Shown in pieces: positions 10,850-21,983 of a stretch of DNA of 64,000 nt. Origin of the DNA: Hydrurus foetidus (Eukaryota); contig UYFQ01000001.1 of assembly GCA_900617105.1 (NCBI GenBank), forward strand, positions 186,001-250,000, given 5' to 3'. How positions within the stretch are numbered: position 1 is the first letter of the stretch; every line of letters begins with the position of its first letter. The notes below the pieces were generated by a model, which saw nothing but the letters and a program-made list of their open reading frames with translations, made no database searches and had not been told where the DNA came from. Both the position numbers and the translations under genes were made by a program.

Positions 10850-11833
10850 TCAGTCCGCTTTAATGTTGGCCGCACGGCCAATACGCAGCCACTTCACGGA
10901 TTCGGACTCGATGACCTGACGGAATTGCGCGGGCTCCATGGGATCAGTCTCCAACGCCAGCGCTGCAAAGCGCTGGCGCAATTCGGGCTGTGCGAGTGCC
11001 TTGTTGAGTTCCTTGTTGAGGCGCTCGACAATCTCTTGAGGTGTGCCACTTCGCACGGTCATTCCATCAAAGGAGCGCAGTACGAAATGGGGGTATCCCT
11101 CTTCAGTCATTGTTGGCACTGCGGGTAAAGCGGGCAAGCGCTTGGCTCCGGTCACCGCCATCGCGCGCAATTTTCCACCCTGAATTTGCGGAATCGCGGC
11201 CGATGCGGTTAAAAACATGAACTGCGTCCGCCCGGCGACCAAGTCGCCAATGGCCATGGGAAACTGACTGTACGGTACATGCACCATGGCCCCACCAGTT
11301 TGCTGCTTGAACAACTCTCCTGCCAGGTGGGCAGGCGTGCCGTTACCCCCAGACGGAAAAGACAAGGTGTCAGGCTTAGCCTTGGCCAGTGCGACCAGTT
11401 CTTGAGGGGTGTTCACCGCGCTGCCCACAGGAGTCACGAGGACGTTGTAGCTCCACGCCATGTGGCCAATGGGTTCGAGCACCTTTGCAAAATCAGGGGC
11501 ATTGGCTGGGTACAACAGTGGTGCAGTGAGCGAGGCAGACGACAGCATGTACACGGTGTAGCCATCGGCAGGATGGCGAAGTACCTCTGCCAGCCCAATG
11601 GTGCCACTGGCGCCGGGTTTGTTTTCCACAAATATGTTTTGTCCCATGCCGGTCGTCATGCGCTCGGCGACAAGACGGCCGGCCACATCGGCTGGTGTGC
11701 CAGCGGGCCACGGCACCACCAAGCGGATGGGTTTTGTTGGATAAGCTTGCGCAATAGCCATCGTCGATGTGGCCCCCAGCAGCGCAGCCATTGCCAAGAG
11801 AATCAGGGTGTGCCGTTTTTTGAAGTGACGCAT
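10850..11833 (-). CDS. Bug/TctC tripartite tricarboxylate transporter substrate-binding protein
   Basis: YPTKPIRLVVPWPAG, ENKPGASG, VHVPY; signal peptide. Confidence 0.93.
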   Translation of the reverse strand: MRHFKKRHTLILLAMAALLGATSTMAIAQAYPTKPIRLVVPWPAGTPADVAGRLVAERMTTGMGQNIFVENKPGASGTIGLAEVLRHPADGYTVYMLSSASLTAPLLYPANAPDFAKVLEPIGHMAWSYNVLVTPVGSAVNTPQELVALAKAKPDTLSFPSGGNGTPAHLAGELFKQQTGGAMVHVPYSQFPMAIGDLVAGRTQFMFLTASAAIPQIQGGKLRAMAVTGAKRLPALPAVPTMTEEGYPHFVLRSFDGMTVRSGTPQEIVERLNKELNKALAQPELRQRFAALALETDPMEPAQFRQVIESESVKWLRIGRAANIKAD

Positions 11834-11940
11834 TTTTTTGCCTTCCGTTGGTTGGTGTGGTCGCCATTTTTGCGAAATTTAGCGGTTTCTGACAAATGAC
11901 AAATTTTCCGCCACTCATTCCATTTTTGATATAAATAGCC

Positions 11941-12864
11941 ATGTTGTCACTTTTGCAAAGAACGATCACCCTGCGTCAGTTGCGACTGTTGAGCGTGCTC
12001 GGGAAAACGCTCAATTTGAGCCAGTGTGCGCAATTGCTGCATACCACGCAGCCTGCCGCCTCACGCACATTGGCTCAAGTAGAGGCATTGATGCAAACCA
12101 AGCTGTTTGTCCGTACCACCAAACGAATCGTGCCTACCCCAGCAGGTTTGGCGATAGTGATGCATGCCGAGCGAATTTTGAGCGAGTTGCAGCTTGCCGA
12201 AGATGCCCTCAAGGACTTGCAGGGCGGCTTCAGCGCAGAGTTGCGCGTGGGTACATTTGCCGCATTCTCAACGCAGCGCCTTGCGCAGGCGATGCGTCGT
12301 GTGGGTGACATATTGCCGCAAGTTCGCCTGAGCGTTCAAACGCACGATGTTTCTGAGCTCTACACGGCCTTGCTTGATCGACGCATTGACTTGATGCTGG
12401 CACACGCCGAACTCACTGTTGACTTGAACCTCGTGGAAATCGTGGTACTGTATGAAGAATTCAGCCGCATCGTGGCAGCGCCTGGGCACCGTCTTGCCAA
12501 GCGTAGGCGCTTGGCATGGGCCGATGTGGCGAACGAGTCTTGGGTTTTGCCGCCGCCTCATACCCCGCTGCGCCCCAAGTTGGATCGCATGCTGTCAGTG
12601 CATCGGCAAGCTGAACCTAAGCCGCGTGCTGACATGCAAACCGATAGTGCGGCACTGGCTTTAGCACTGGTGGGCGGTGGCAACATGCTGTGGGCAATTG
12701 CCAACCAAAATGCAATGGACTATGAGCAAGCTGGCCTGGTGCGCTGCCTCGTCATGCCCGGTGATCTGCTGCGCGGACCTATGTGTGCTTTTCGCTTGCG
12801 CGAAGAGGCGATAACACCACCAAGCCGAATTCTTTTGGACTGCTTAAAAGCTGTCGCGGCGTAG
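11941..12864 (+). CDS. LysR family regulator
   Basis: HTH with TQPAASR; divergent from the Bug gene. Confidence 0.92.
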   Translation: MLSLLQRTITLRQLRLLSVLGKTLNLSQCAQLLHTTQPAASRTLAQVEALMQTKLFVRTTKRIVPTPAGLAIVMHAERILSELQLAEDALKDLQGGFSAELRVGTFAAFSTQRLAQAMRRVGDILPQVRLSVQTHDVSELYTALLDRRIDLMLAHAELTVDLNLVEIVVLYEEFSRIVAAPGHRLAKRRRLAWADVANESWVLPPPHTPLRPKLDRMLSVHRQAEPKPRADMQTDSAALALALVGGGNMLWAIANQNAMDYEQAGLVRCLVMPGDLLRGPMCAFRLREEAITPPSRILLDCLKAVAA

Positions 12865-13054
12865 CATCAGTGCTCAAGGCCGTCAAAGAGAATACCGGGT
12901 CACCTGCGGCGCAGGTGTTGGCCGATGGGCTACCGCATCGAAGCGGTGATGTCTGAATTGGTTGTGTACCACCCCGAAACCGAACTGGTGATTGCCTTGG
13001 GTCGCGAGGGCAAAGTACTGGCGAAGCCCCAGGATGCACAGCGGCTGTAGCCGG

Positions 13055-14032
13055 TCAGTATGGTGCGTGGCTATGGGTATTGCCGTAACGTACACGCCAT
13101 GCTGCAACACCCCAAGCCAGCTGCGCACTGACAGTTGGGTTTGTTGCTGGCGTTTTCCCCAGACCCAGGGTGTGCAACGCGGCTGACAGCGCTTGCCCAG
13201 GGTCACGCAAATCCAACGCCGCTGCCCCGTTTTGCTTAGAGAGTTTTTCGCCATCCAGCCCCAGCACCAGCGGCGTGTGAAGGTACTGCGGCGTGGGCAA
13301 GCCCAAAGCGCGTTGCAGCAGGATTTGCCGGGCCGTGTTGTCGGCCAAGTCCGCACCACGCACGATGTGGGTGATGCCTTGTGCACCGTCGTCCACCACC
13401 ACGGCGAGCTGGTAGGCCCACAGGCCATCAGATCTTTGGAGCACGAAATCACCCGCATCGTTCGCTACGTCTTGGGTTTGCGGCCCGAGGCGGCGGTCAT
13501 ACCAGTGCAGTTTTGCTACAGTTTCAGGAGCTGGTATAGCACATCTTGATTGCGGTGCAAGCGGATTACCTTCAAAACTCTCTACCTTGAACGCCACGTT
13601 AAAGCGCCAAGCCCGTGCTGCACGGCCATTCAGCCCGTGGCGGCAGGTGCCGGGGTAGACCGGCTCGGCGTGGCGTTGGTGCGCCGCGCCAAGAGCTGCC
13701 AAAGCGGTGGCAATGTCTTTGCGCGAACAAGCGCAGCCGTAGGTTTGTTGGGTGGCAATGAGGTGGTCTAGCGCGGCTTGGTAAAGCGGGTTGCGCTGTG
13801 ATTGGCAGACCGGGGTTTCATCGGGCACCAAGCCACAGGCTGCAAGCTGTTGAAGAATGGTTTGCGCCGCACCGGGGATGCAGCGCGGCGTGTCCACGTC
13901 TTCGATACGCACCAGCCACCGCCCACCGTGTACGCGGGCATCGAGCCAACTGGCCAGCGCCGCCACCAGCGAGCCCGCGTGCAGCGGGCCGGTGGGGGAG
14001 GGGGCAAAGCGACCTGTGTACGCTGTGCCTAT
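13055..14032 (-). CDS. gluQ: Glutamyl-Q tRNA(Asp) synthetase (start uncertain)
   Basis: [37 protein letters not shown]; no anticodon-binding domain. Confidence 0.92.
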   Translation of the reverse strand: MGTAYTGRFAPSPTGPLHAGSLVAALASWLDARVHGGRWLVRIEDVDTPRCIPGAAQTILQQLAACGLVPDETPVCQSQRNPLYQAALDHLIATQQTYGCACSRKDIATALAALGAAHQRHAEPVYPGTCRHGLNGRAARAWRFNVAFKVESFEGNPLAPQSRCAIPAPETVAKLHWYDRRLGPQTQDVANDAGDFVLQRSDGLWAYQLAVVVDDGAQGITHIVRGADLADNTARQILLQRALGLPTPQYLHTPLVLGLDGEKLSKQNGAAALDLRDPGQALSAALHTLGLGKTPATNPTVSAQLAWGVAAWRVRYGNTHSHAPY

Positions 14033-15099
14033 TTCACCACCGCCAGCGCCAATTCCAGCCCCGACACAAAAGCGTCTTCCACCCGGTGGCCGATACACCA
14101 GTCGCCTGCAACCCCGATGCCTGAGCGGGCATCCCACAGGTGGGTTTTGCCCAAGGGTTTGAAGGTTTTCGCGTAACGCCAGCGGTGCACGGTGGCAAAG
14201 CTGGGTTCGGCGCGAATCCCGGTGACTTCGCCAAAGGCTTTGAGCAGCTTGGCCTGGATGCGGGGCGCGTCGTCTTCTAGGTGCTCTTGCGACCACGCAG
14301 GACTGGCCTGTACCGTCCAGCGCTCTATCGACGAGCGGCCGGGTTTGGACGATTCGCGGGCCACCCAGGCGATGCGGTGGTGGGTGCTGAGTGCGGCGTT
14401 CCACTGCGGCCCCAGGTGTGCCATGTTGGGCTGGGTGGCGTTGGGGAAGGCCAGCATCAGCGTCCAGCACGGGGCGACTTCTACGGCTTCAATTTGTTTG
14501 GACAACGCCGCCGCCAGCTTAGAGGCTTTCAGCAAGCTGTGCGCTTGCACGCTGGGGATGGCCAGGATCACCTTGTCAAACCCCGAGTACACATGGCTGC
14601 TGTCGCCTGCACCCGTGGTGCGCAGTTGCCAGCGTTGGGCGTTCAGCGGGTCGCGCTCAATTTTGGCAACGGTGGTTTCCAGCACCACAGCCTCGGCGTG
14701 GCCGGCTTGCTGCGCCAGCGGTGTCGACCAGGCTTTCACCAGGCCATTCATGCCGGGTGTGGCCACCCAGTGTTGCTGGGGCGTAGGCAGTGCGGCTTCT
14801 GCCACGCGGCCCAGTGCATCGAGCACGCGGATGGCGTTAGCGCTCCAGGGTTTGCAGATCTTGGGCGTGGTTTTCAGCGCCGTGGCAAAGCGGTCATCGC
14901 GCACGGTGAAGTACTGCGCACCGTGGTCAAACGAACCAAACGACGTGCTGCGGGTGGACATGCGCCCACCTACTTCACGGCTCTTTTCAAAAACGGTCAC
15001 TTGGTGCCCGGCTTGAACCAGGGTACGGGCACAGGTGATACCGGCCATACCGGCACCGATGATGGCAATGTGTTGGCCAGTGTGCGTGCTTTTGGGCAT
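14029..15099 (-). CDS. Renalase-like NAD(P)/FAD-dependent oxidoreductase
   Basis: [37 protein letters not shown]. Confidence 0.9.
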   Translation of the reverse strand: MPKSTHTGQHIAIIGAGMAGITCARTLVQAGHQVTVFEKSREVGGRMSTRSTSFGSFDHGAQYFTVRDDRFATALKTTPKICKPWSANAIRVLDALGRVAEAALPTPQQHWVATPGMNGLVKAWSTPLAQQAGHAEAVVLETTVAKIERDPLNAQRWQLRTTGAGDSSHVYSGFDKVILAIPSVQAHSLLKASKLAAALSKQIEAVEVAPCWTLMLAFPNATQPNMAHLGPQWNAALSTHHRIAWVARESSKPGRSSIERWTVQASPAWSQEHLEDDAPRIQAKLLKAFGEVTGIRAEPSFATVHRWRYAKTFKPLGKTHLWDARSGIGVAGDWCIGHRVEDAFVSGLELALAVVK

Positions 15100-15542
15100 G
15101 AGGATGTTCCTTGTGGTGTGTTGTGGATTCAGCGAAGGGGTGACGTTGCCGGTAACGCTTGCAGTGACGCTTCCCGTGACGGCTTCGTGACAATCGCCAT
15201 ATGTGGCACTGTACACGGCAAGTCGATGTGCGGGTCTCAACATAAACCCCGCTACAGGGCGGTGCGGCCTTCAGCAAAAAATCAGCGCCAGCATCGCCGC
15301 ATCATCCACCCAGTTCAGCAGCGCATATCCCGAGATGCGGTAGGCGAGGGCGATGGCTTTTTCGGTCAGGTCGTGGGTGGTCATCTTGCGAAGGCGATGG
15401 TCTTTGGTGGGGATTCGAGGATTGTCGTCGCTTGGGCGTTTGGCAGATTGACATACCCACAGCGCGTTCGCGGCAAAATACAGCCTTCTCAAGCGAACTG
15501 TTCACGTGAACAACTTACGTGAACGACACACGTCCATTTTCT

Positions 15543-16277
15543 ATGCATAAAACTGCCCTCGTCCTTTTCTCTGGAGGCCAAGACTCCACGACCTGCCTTG
15601 CACTCGCGCTTTCGAAATATGACCGCGTCGAAACCATCGCGTTCGACTATCGCCAGCGCCACAGCGTAGAGCTGCAAGCTCGGTTGGCGGTGTTGGCTGC
15701 GTTTAAAACCCAATTTCCCATCTGGGCCAGCAAGCTCGGTGACGATCACTTGCTCGATTTGGCCGTGTTGGGCCATGTCAGTGAAACCTCGTTGACCCGC
15801 GACACCGCTTTCAAAATGGAAAGCTCAGGCCTGCCCAACACCTTTGTGCCGGGCCGTAACCTGCTGTTTTTGACGCTAGCCGCCGCGCTGGCCTACCGCC
15901 GGGGTTTGGACGTGATCGTCACCGGCGTGTGCGAAACCGATTTTTCAGGCTATCCCGATTGCCGCGACGACACCATGAAAGCCATGCAACTCGCGCTCAG
16001 CCTGGGCATGGACAAGCGCTTTCTGATCGAAACCCCGCTGATGTGGATCGACAAAGCCGCGACATGGCAGATGGCGTTTGATTTAGGAGAGAAAGCTGAG
16101 ACGGCACAGGGCGGTGGTCAAGCCCTGGTGGATTTGATCGTCGAACACACCCACACCTGCTACCTTGGCGACCGCGAACACCGCCACGCCTGGGGCTACG
16201 GCTGCGGCACTTGTCCGGCGTGCGAGTTGCGGGCGAACGGGTGGGCGAAGTGGCAAGGTGCCGCGTTGACGGGTTAA
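15543..16277 (+). CDS. queC: 7-cyano-7-deazaguanine synthase
   Basis: SGGQDS, TFVPGRN, SGYPDCR, CGTCPAC. Confidence 0.97.
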   Translation: MHKTALVLFSGGQDSTTCLALALSKYDRVETIAFDYRQRHSVELQARLAVLAAFKTQFPIWASKLGDDHLLDLAVLGHVSETSLTRDTAFKMESSGLPNTFVPGRNLLFLTLAAALAYRRGLDVIVTGVCETDFSGYPDCRDDTMKAMQLALSLGMDKRFLIETPLMWIDKAATWQMAFDLGEKAETAQGGGQALVDLIVEHTHTCYLGDREHRHAWGYGCGTCPACELRANGWAKWQGAALTG

Positions 16278-16322
16278 TCTGCCTAAGCTGTGTCGCCCGC
16301 CCCTGTGCAACAATAATTCACC

Positions 16323-17798
16323 ATGCTTGCGACTCTCAAACGCCTCCGATTCTGGCTATTGGCCTGGGCCGTGCTCTCTACACTCAGCTGTGTGTTTATC
16401 GCCCGCAAGGAGTTGGCACGCCAGCAGGATGCGTTTGACACCAATGCCCGTATCGTGCACCGGCTGCTGAGCCAGCGGGTGGTGCAACACGATGCCATTT
16501 TGGCCACGCTGGCGCTGCTGCGCAGTGGCACGGCCACAGACCGGCCTGAGCAACGCCTGCCCGCGCTGTACACCCAGATTGCAGCTGCTGCCCACCGGGG
16601 CCCGAATGAGGTTTGGCCCACCGCATCGCTCACCGCCGCTGAGAACGAGTCCCGCAGCCTGAAACGCGCCGTGCTGGCCGATGTGGACTTACAAAAAGGC
16701 ACTTACCAATTGGTGCTGGCCGCACAGCCCGACAGCTACGCGCTGACCATTGCCATGCGCAACATGGTGCCCTGGACAGAGTGGCCCATGGCAGCGCAAA
16801 CCAGCCCTGTGCAAGTGCGTTTGCAACTGGCACAGGCCAGTTACGTGGTGCAGGCCGGGCGCGCCTTTGCGCCTGACGACGTGGGCTGGACTTTTGAAGC
16901 CCGCAAAGTGCTGGCCGCTGAGAGCCAGCCCTTTGAAGTCGTATCGCAATTGCACCTGGGTTGGGTTGCGCTGCCATGGGCCTGGATGCTGGTGAGTGCG
17001 GGTGCTATCGCCCTGATCCTGATGCGAGCGCATCGGTTGACACAACAGCGTGTGCAGCAGCGTCGTGAGGAAGAACGCCAGCGCGTGGGCCAACTCACGC
17101 GGCTGAACACGCTGGGCGAGTTGGCCGCAGGCATGGCGCATGAAATCAACCAACCCCTGACCGCCATCCTGGCCAATACCCAGGCCGCCAGCCGCATGCT
17201 GGACGACGCCGAGCCCGACTTGCTCGCTGCGCGCAACGCCATGCACATGGCGGTGCAGCAGGCACGCCGGGCATCCGACGTGGTTGAGCGGTTGCGTCGC
17301 ACGGTAGAACGCCCTGACCGTGGCGCGGCCGTGCAAAGCGTTAACCTGCACAGCGCCTGCCGCCACGCGCTGTACCTGTTGGAACCCGAGCTGCAGCGCA
17401 GCCAATGTACCCACACCGTGACCATGGACTGCGCCCCGTTCGAGGTGCTGGTCGACCCGGTGGCGCTGGAGCAAATCATCCACAACCTGCTGACCAACGC
17501 ACTGCAGGCCATGGCGCTCGTGCCCCCGCAAAATCGCAGGCTGCAACTGGTGCTGACGCGCACCACCACCCATGGCGTGCTGCAGGTGCAAGACACTGGG
17601 CCCGGCATACAGCCCGACGCGCTGGCCAAGGTGTTTGAGCCTTTCTTTTCTACCCGCGAAGGCGGATTGGGTCTGGGCTTGAGCCTGTGCGAAACCCTGG
17701 CCGTGGGTATGGGCGCACGCCTGAGTGCCGCCAACCGAGCGCCGCACGGTGCTGAGTTCACCTTGCAGATTCCACTGGCCCACACGGTGGCAGCATGA
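16323..17798 (+). CDS. Sensor histidine kinase
   Basis: AHEINQPL H-box; N, G1 and G2 boxes; two TM segments. Confidence 0.93.
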   Translation: MLATLKRLRFWLLAWAVLSTLSCVFIARKELARQQDAFDTNARIVHRLLSQRVVQHDAILATLALLRSGTATDRPEQRLPALYTQIAAAAHRGPNEVWPTASLTAAENESRSLKRAVLADVDLQKGTYQLVLAAQPDSYALTIAMRNMVPWTEWPMAAQTSPVQVRLQLAQASYVVQAGRAFAPDDVGWTFEARKVLAAESQPFEVVSQLHLGWVALPWAWMLVSAGAIALILMRAHRLTQQRVQQRREEERQRVGQLTRLNTLGELAAGMAHEINQPLTAILANTQAASRMLDDAEPDLLAARNAMHMAVQQARRASDVVERLRRTVERPDRGAAVQSVNLHSACRHALYLLEPELQRSQCTHTVTMDCAPFEVLVDPVALEQIIHNLLTNALQAMALVPPQNRRLQLVLTRTTTHGVLQVQDTGPGIQPDALAKVFEPFFSTREGGLGLGLSLCETLAVGMGARLSAANRAPHGAEFTLQIPLAHTVAA

Positions 17799-18433
17799 CC
17801 CTACCTCCCTCTCCCCTTTCCCCCCTGATCCATCTGATTGACGATGACGAGGCGGTACGAAACAGCCTGGCCTTGCTAATTGGTACCGTGGGGCTGCGCG
17901 TGCAGCCGTGGGCAGACCCGCAAGCTTTTTTGCAGACGTTTGACCGTGAAAGCATTGGTGCCATCGTGCTGGATGTGCGCATGCCTGGCATCAGTGGGCT
18001 CACCGTGTTAGACACCCTGGTGGCGCAAAAGGTAGACCAACCGGTCATCCTGCTCACCGGCCACGGCACCATCGACATGTGCCGGCGCGCCTTCAAGGCC
18101 GGGGCCACCGAGTTTTTGGAAAAACCGGTGGATGACGAACGTCTGCTCGAAGCACTGCAAGCTGCCGTGCGCCAACATGTGCAGTCACGCCACCGCAACC
18201 AGGCCGACCGGCAGACGCGCCAACGCTACGCGCAGCTCTCTGAGCGCGAACGCGAGGTGCTGGGCCTGATCGTGGCGGGGCTAACCAACAAGGAAATTGG
18301 CCGCGCACTCAACGTGTCTCCCCGCACCATCGAAACCCATCGCGCCAACCTGTTTGCCAAGCTGGAGATTGACGCACTGGCGCAGCTGGTGCGCCAGTAT
18401 GCTGCGCTGGTGGACGAAGACACGGCCACCTGA
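17795..18433 (+). CDS. FixJ/LuxR family response regulator
   Basis: REC domain (LDVRMPG) plus LuxR HTH. Confidence 0.95.
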   Translation: MTLPPSPLSPLIHLIDDDEAVRNSLALLIGTVGLRVQPWADPQAFLQTFDRESIGAIVLDVRMPGISGLTVLDTLVAQKVDQPVILLTGHGTIDMCRRAFKAGATEFLEKPVDDERLLEALQAAVRQHVQSRHRNQADRQTRQRYAQLSEREREVLGLIVAGLTNKEIGRALNVSPRTIETHRANLFAKLEIDALAQLVRQYAALVDEDTAT

Positions 18434-18445
18434 CTTCGTCACCTT

Positions 18446-18463
18446 CTCCGTAGTTCTACGGAG
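18446..18463. promoter_or_regulatory. Perfect inverted repeat CTCCGTAG-TT-CTACGGAG, probable response regulator operator
   Basis: 8-bp arms about 100 bp upstream of the GlcG/HbpS gene; related weaker site GCGTA-N4-TACGC at 18470-18483. Confidence 0.55.
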
Positions 18464-18562
18464 GTGCGGGCGTAGCGGTACGCATGGGCAAATCCGCCTC
18501 GAGTTTTTACAGTACCTGCACGGTTGATTGAACCGCTTGTACCCAGATTTTCGGAGCCCCCC

Positions 18563-19051
18563 ATGCGTAAATTTCATCTTGCCGCCCTGGTCTTGTCCAC
18601 CCTAGCCACTGCCGCCAGTGCGCAAGCCGTGCGTACTGAACACAATATGTCGCTCGATCTGGCCAACCAGATTGCCGCTGCCACTGTCGCCACCTGCGCC
18701 GCCAATGGCTACGCCGTGACCGCCACCGTGGTGGACCGTGCTGGCAGCGTGCGTGCCGTGCAACGTGCAGACAACGCAGGCCCACACACACTGGGTGCCA
18801 GCCAGCAAAAGGCATTCACCTCCGCCTCCGCCAAAAACGCCACGCTGGCCATGATGGAAGGCGCTCAGAAGAACCCCGCAGCCGCCAATTTGGTCTACAT
18901 CCCCGGCTTTTTGTTGCTGGGCGGTGGTGTGCCGGTGAAGGTGGGCAATGAAGTCATTGGTGCCGTCGGCGTAGGCGGCGCACCTGGTGGCCACCTGGAC
19001 GAGCAGTGCGCTATGGCTGGAATCGATAAAGTGAAAGAATTTTTGAAGTAA
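18563..19051 (+). CDS. Secreted GlcG/HbpS family heme-binding protein
   Basis: Signal peptide; VVDRAG, KAFTSAS, GGGVP, GAVGVGGAPGGHLDEQC. Confidence 0.9.
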   Translation: MRKFHLAALVLSTLATAASAQAVRTEHNMSLDLANQIAAATVATCAANGYAVTATVVDRAGSVRAVQRADNAGPHTLGASQQKAFTSASAKNATLAMMEGAQKNPAAANLVYIPGFLLLGGGVPVKVGNEVIGAVGVGGAPGGHLDEQCAMAGIDKVKEFLK

Positions 19052-19123
19052 ATTGGCCTGTAGGCAAGGCTTTTATTGTGTAAAAAGCTATTATTTTGAT
19101 AGCTAATTGAAAAGAAAAACAGC

Positions 19124-19837
19124 ATGAAAAACGCACAACCCCAGCCTGCATTGCGGGTCATTCGCACGATCTGGATGGTTGTGGGTTTGCTGGCTGTCTC
19201 GCTGACCCATGCCCAGGTTGCTCCGTCGCCCGCCGAGGCGGCTGCCTACCGGGGCTTGCATGCCGCTGCGGCGCATGGCGATGTCGCCAAAATTGAGCAG
19301 CTTGCTGCGGCCAAAGCAGACCTGAACGCCCGCGACATTCATGGCCGCACACCCCTGCATGTGGCGACTTTCGCCAAGCAGCGCGCGGCAGTACGCGCCC
19401 TGATGCTGGCGGGCGCCGACAAGAGTGCGCTGGAAAATGACCGCTACGATGCCGTCACCATTGCCGCTGTGGCTGATGACGAAGAAACCCTGCGCACGCT
19501 GCTGAGCCTAGGTGCCAGTGCCAAACTGGTGACCAGCCGCTACGACGGCACGGCGCTGATTGCAGCCGCGCACCTGGGGCACGATGGCGTGGTACGCCAG
19601 CTCATCGCGGCAGGTGCTCCGCTGGACCATGTGAACAACCTGCACTGGACGGCCGCTATCGAATCCATCGTTCTTGGCAATGGCGGTGCACGGCATCAAG
19701 CCACACTGAGGGCGTTGGCGGAGGCGGGCGCCAATTTGCAAATTGCTGACCGCCACGGCAAAACACCGCTGGTGTTAGCTTTGAGTTACGGCTTTGCGGA
19801 GATGGCGCAAACATTGGAGAAAGCCGGTGCACGTTAG
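19124..19837 (+). CDS. Ankyrin repeat protein with signal peptide
   Basis: Repeated GxTPLH / TALIAAA ankyrin motifs. Confidence 0.9.
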   Translation: MKNAQPQPALRVIRTIWMVVGLLAVSLTHAQVAPSPAEAAAYRGLHAAAAHGDVAKIEQLAAAKADLNARDIHGRTPLHVATFAKQRAAVRALMLAGADKSALENDRYDAVTIAAVADDEETLRTLLSLGASAKLVTSRYDGTALIAAAHLGHDGVVRQLIAAGAPLDHVNNLHWTAAIESIVLGNGGARHQATLRALAEAGANLQIADRHGKTPLVLALSYGFAEMAQTLEKAGAR

Positions 19838-19871
19838 CATCGTCCGAGCCCTATCCGTTGGCGCAGTTTTT

Positions 19872-19946
19872 TCACCCTGCAGGCGATTGCGAAATTGCCG
19901 TGAACCTGATTTCCAATTCTTGCCGTAATTGCTTGCGTACGACCGC
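19872..19946 (-). repeat. Copy of the last 75 bp of the acyl-CoA thioesterase gene (25615-25689)
   Basis: Manual alignment, 70/75 identical, includes the stop codon. Confidence 0.9.
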
Positions 19947-20491
19947 GCCGCACTGGAGCGGCTGTTGCGGTACTGCGCCCGCCCACCCTTGCTATGGACC
20001 GCCTTCGCAAAGAGGGCGCTGCCCTGGTGTACCGCTGCACCAAACAGCATAGCGAGCCAAGCAGTGACAAGCGTGGCGCCAAGGTCAACGAACTGCACCT
20101 CACGCCGCTGGCGCTGATAGCCCGCATTGCAGCGCTGGTGCCACTGCTAGGCCATGCGATGCCACCCCCGCCAGAACCTGCGCCACCCAAGCGTTCACAG
20201 GCGCATTACCTGTGGGCGGTGTTGATCGCTCGTATTTACGAAGTGTTCCCGCTGTGTGGTGGGCAGATGCGCCTGATCGCATTCATTACCGAGGGTACGC
20301 AGATCAGGCGGATTTTGGAGCACATCGGTGTCGACTCGCAGCCACCACACATATCCCCGGCACCCGGGCCACCGCTGTGGGATGACTGCGATGCGCAGAT
20401 GGATGACGGGGCGCAAATCGAGCCAGCAGACTGGGATCTGGCGGCGCAACCGGCACCCGACTACGAGGTCGATCAGCGCATCAGTTGGTGA
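19941..20491 (+). mobile_element. IS91/ISCR-type transposase C-terminal remnant
   Basis: DRAALERLLRYCARPP, LTPLALIARIAALVP, WAVLIARIYEVFPL, MRLIAFIT, IRRILEHIG; frameshifted and internally deleted. Confidence 0.8.
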
Positions 20492-20672
20492 ATGGTTGAT
20501 GCGGCGATTTTGACTTACCGCTGGGTAGGCCTGCGCGGCCCACCGCAAATGACCCTGTCATCAGGCGAATTTTGATGATGGCCAGCCCAGGAATCGCGCT
20601 GTAGCGAGAACCACGAAGGTTTTTGCCTGGGGTGGTGGCCGATCCGTTTTTGACCTTCGTTTTGCTGGCCCT

Positions 20673-20834
20673 GGCCGCCCGGTTGGCAGCTTCAAAGCAG
20701 ACCCCAAGCGGCCCGTCACTATGCGCTTTGATTCAGATGTGCTGGAGTCTTTTAAGGCCACTGGCAAAGGCTGGCAGACCCGCATGAATGACGCTTTGCG
20801 GGACTGGTTGCGCACACATTCACCCTTGGCGTAA
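20673..20834 (+). pseudogene. BrnA antitoxin (DUF4415) C-terminal fragment
   Basis: Manual translation GRPVGS...VTMRFDSDVLESFKATGKGWQTRMNDALRDWL; no plausible start, no toxin. Confidence 0.8.
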
Positions 20835-21065
20835 TGGGGGAGTGGCTTGATTGCTTGCTGGGCATCAAGGCCATTGAAGCTGCCGGGGCTGCTTAAGATA
20901 AAAGGCCCCGTCAGACCGTAGGTTCACCTGCGTTGTGCAGAAACTGCGTCTGCGACTCGCCATGGGGCGATCTGCGAGTACTCAAGCTGAAAAGGCCAGG
21001 GGCCTTCCAAAGCCCAAATACCGTGCCACCAATGACCTCAAGCGGTTGAGCTTGCCAGTCGCCTC

Positions 21066-21983
21066 TCAATTGCGAGAGGCAGGCACGACAGGCACGCCAT
21101 TGTTCAGCAGAAACTCTACAAAGGTTGCCGTGTTGCGCGCCAGCCATTGGCGGGCCGGAAACACCGCATGAATCGGCGGGCCGGGCGGGAGTTGGTAGTC
21201 CGGCAGCAACTCTATCAATTCACCACTCGCCAACTCGTGCGTTGCCAACAGGCGGTCGAGCACCGTGATACCGGCACCGCTGCAGGCACTGGCCACCAGT
21301 GCCATGCCGTCGTTGATGCAAATGCGGCCCTGCACGCGCACCCGCGTGGTGACGTTGCCTCGCGACAGCGGCCACTCGTCAAACACCCGGTTGTTTTGTG
21401 TCCACAACACACACTCGTGATCAGCCAGTTGATCTGGCGTGCTCGGCGTGCCGGCACGCGCGAGGTAGCTGGGTGCGGCGACCAGCACGCGCGGGTTGTC
21501 GGTCAACTTGCGCGCCACCAGCGTCGAGTCCTCCAGGTGCGCCATGCGGATAGCGACATCAATTTGCTCGGTAACCAAATCCATCAAGCGGTCTTCCACC
21601 AAAAGGGTGATTTTCACCAGAGGGTGAAGGCGGACAAATTCGGTGATCAATGGCACCAGATGGAGTTGCCCAAGTGGACGCGGGCAGGCCACACGCAAAG
21701 GCCCGCGCACCTCCTTTTGTGCCTCCCCAGAAATGTGGGCCACGTTGCTCACGGCGCGTTCAATGTGCTGCGCCTGCGCCAGCACGACTTTGCCGACTTC
21801 CGTCAGGCTCAGCTTACGCGTGGTGCGTTGCACCAGCCGCATGCCAAGCTCGGCCTCCAAGCGTGCCAGCTGGCGTGAGACGACTGATTTTCCGACGCCC
21901 AGACTCCCCGCAGCGGCGCTGATGCTGCCCGTGCTGACGACAGTCGAAAAGGTGAGAAGCAATTGGGGATTGATCGCAGACAT
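21066..21983 (-). CDS. LysR family regulator (DmlR/CrgA-like)
   Basis: HTH followed by RTTRKLSLTEVG; DVAIR. Confidence 0.93.
   Translation of the reverse strand: MSAINPQLLLTFSTVVSTGSISAAAGSLGVGKSVVSRQLARLEAELGMRLVQRTTRKLSLTEVGKVVLAQAQHIERAVSNVAHISGEAQKEVRGPLRVACPRPLGQLHLVPLITEFVRLHPLVKITLLVEDRLMDLVTEQIDVAIRMAHLEDSTLVARKLTDNPRVLVAAPSYLARAGTPSTPDQLADHECVLWTQNNRVFDEWPLSRGNVTTRVRVQGRICINDGMALVASACSGAGITVLDRLLATHELASGELIELLPDYQLPPGPPIHAVFPARQWLARNTATFVEFLLNNGVPVVPASRN

Noticed and set aside
12865..13054. Possible gene fragment (MGYRIEAVMSELVVYHPETELV...)
   Set aside because: Too short to assign without a database search
14099..14470. Long N-terminal part of the 471-aa ORF as a gluQ fusion
   Set aside because: Alternate frame of the renalase-like gene
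15271..15542. preQ1 riboswitch or small gene upstream of queC
   Set aside because: No preQ1 stem or A-rich tail seen; small ORFs lack recognisable motifs
20491..20670. Functional ISCR oriIS
   Set aside because: No recognisable oriIS terminus; DNA runs into the BrnA fragment
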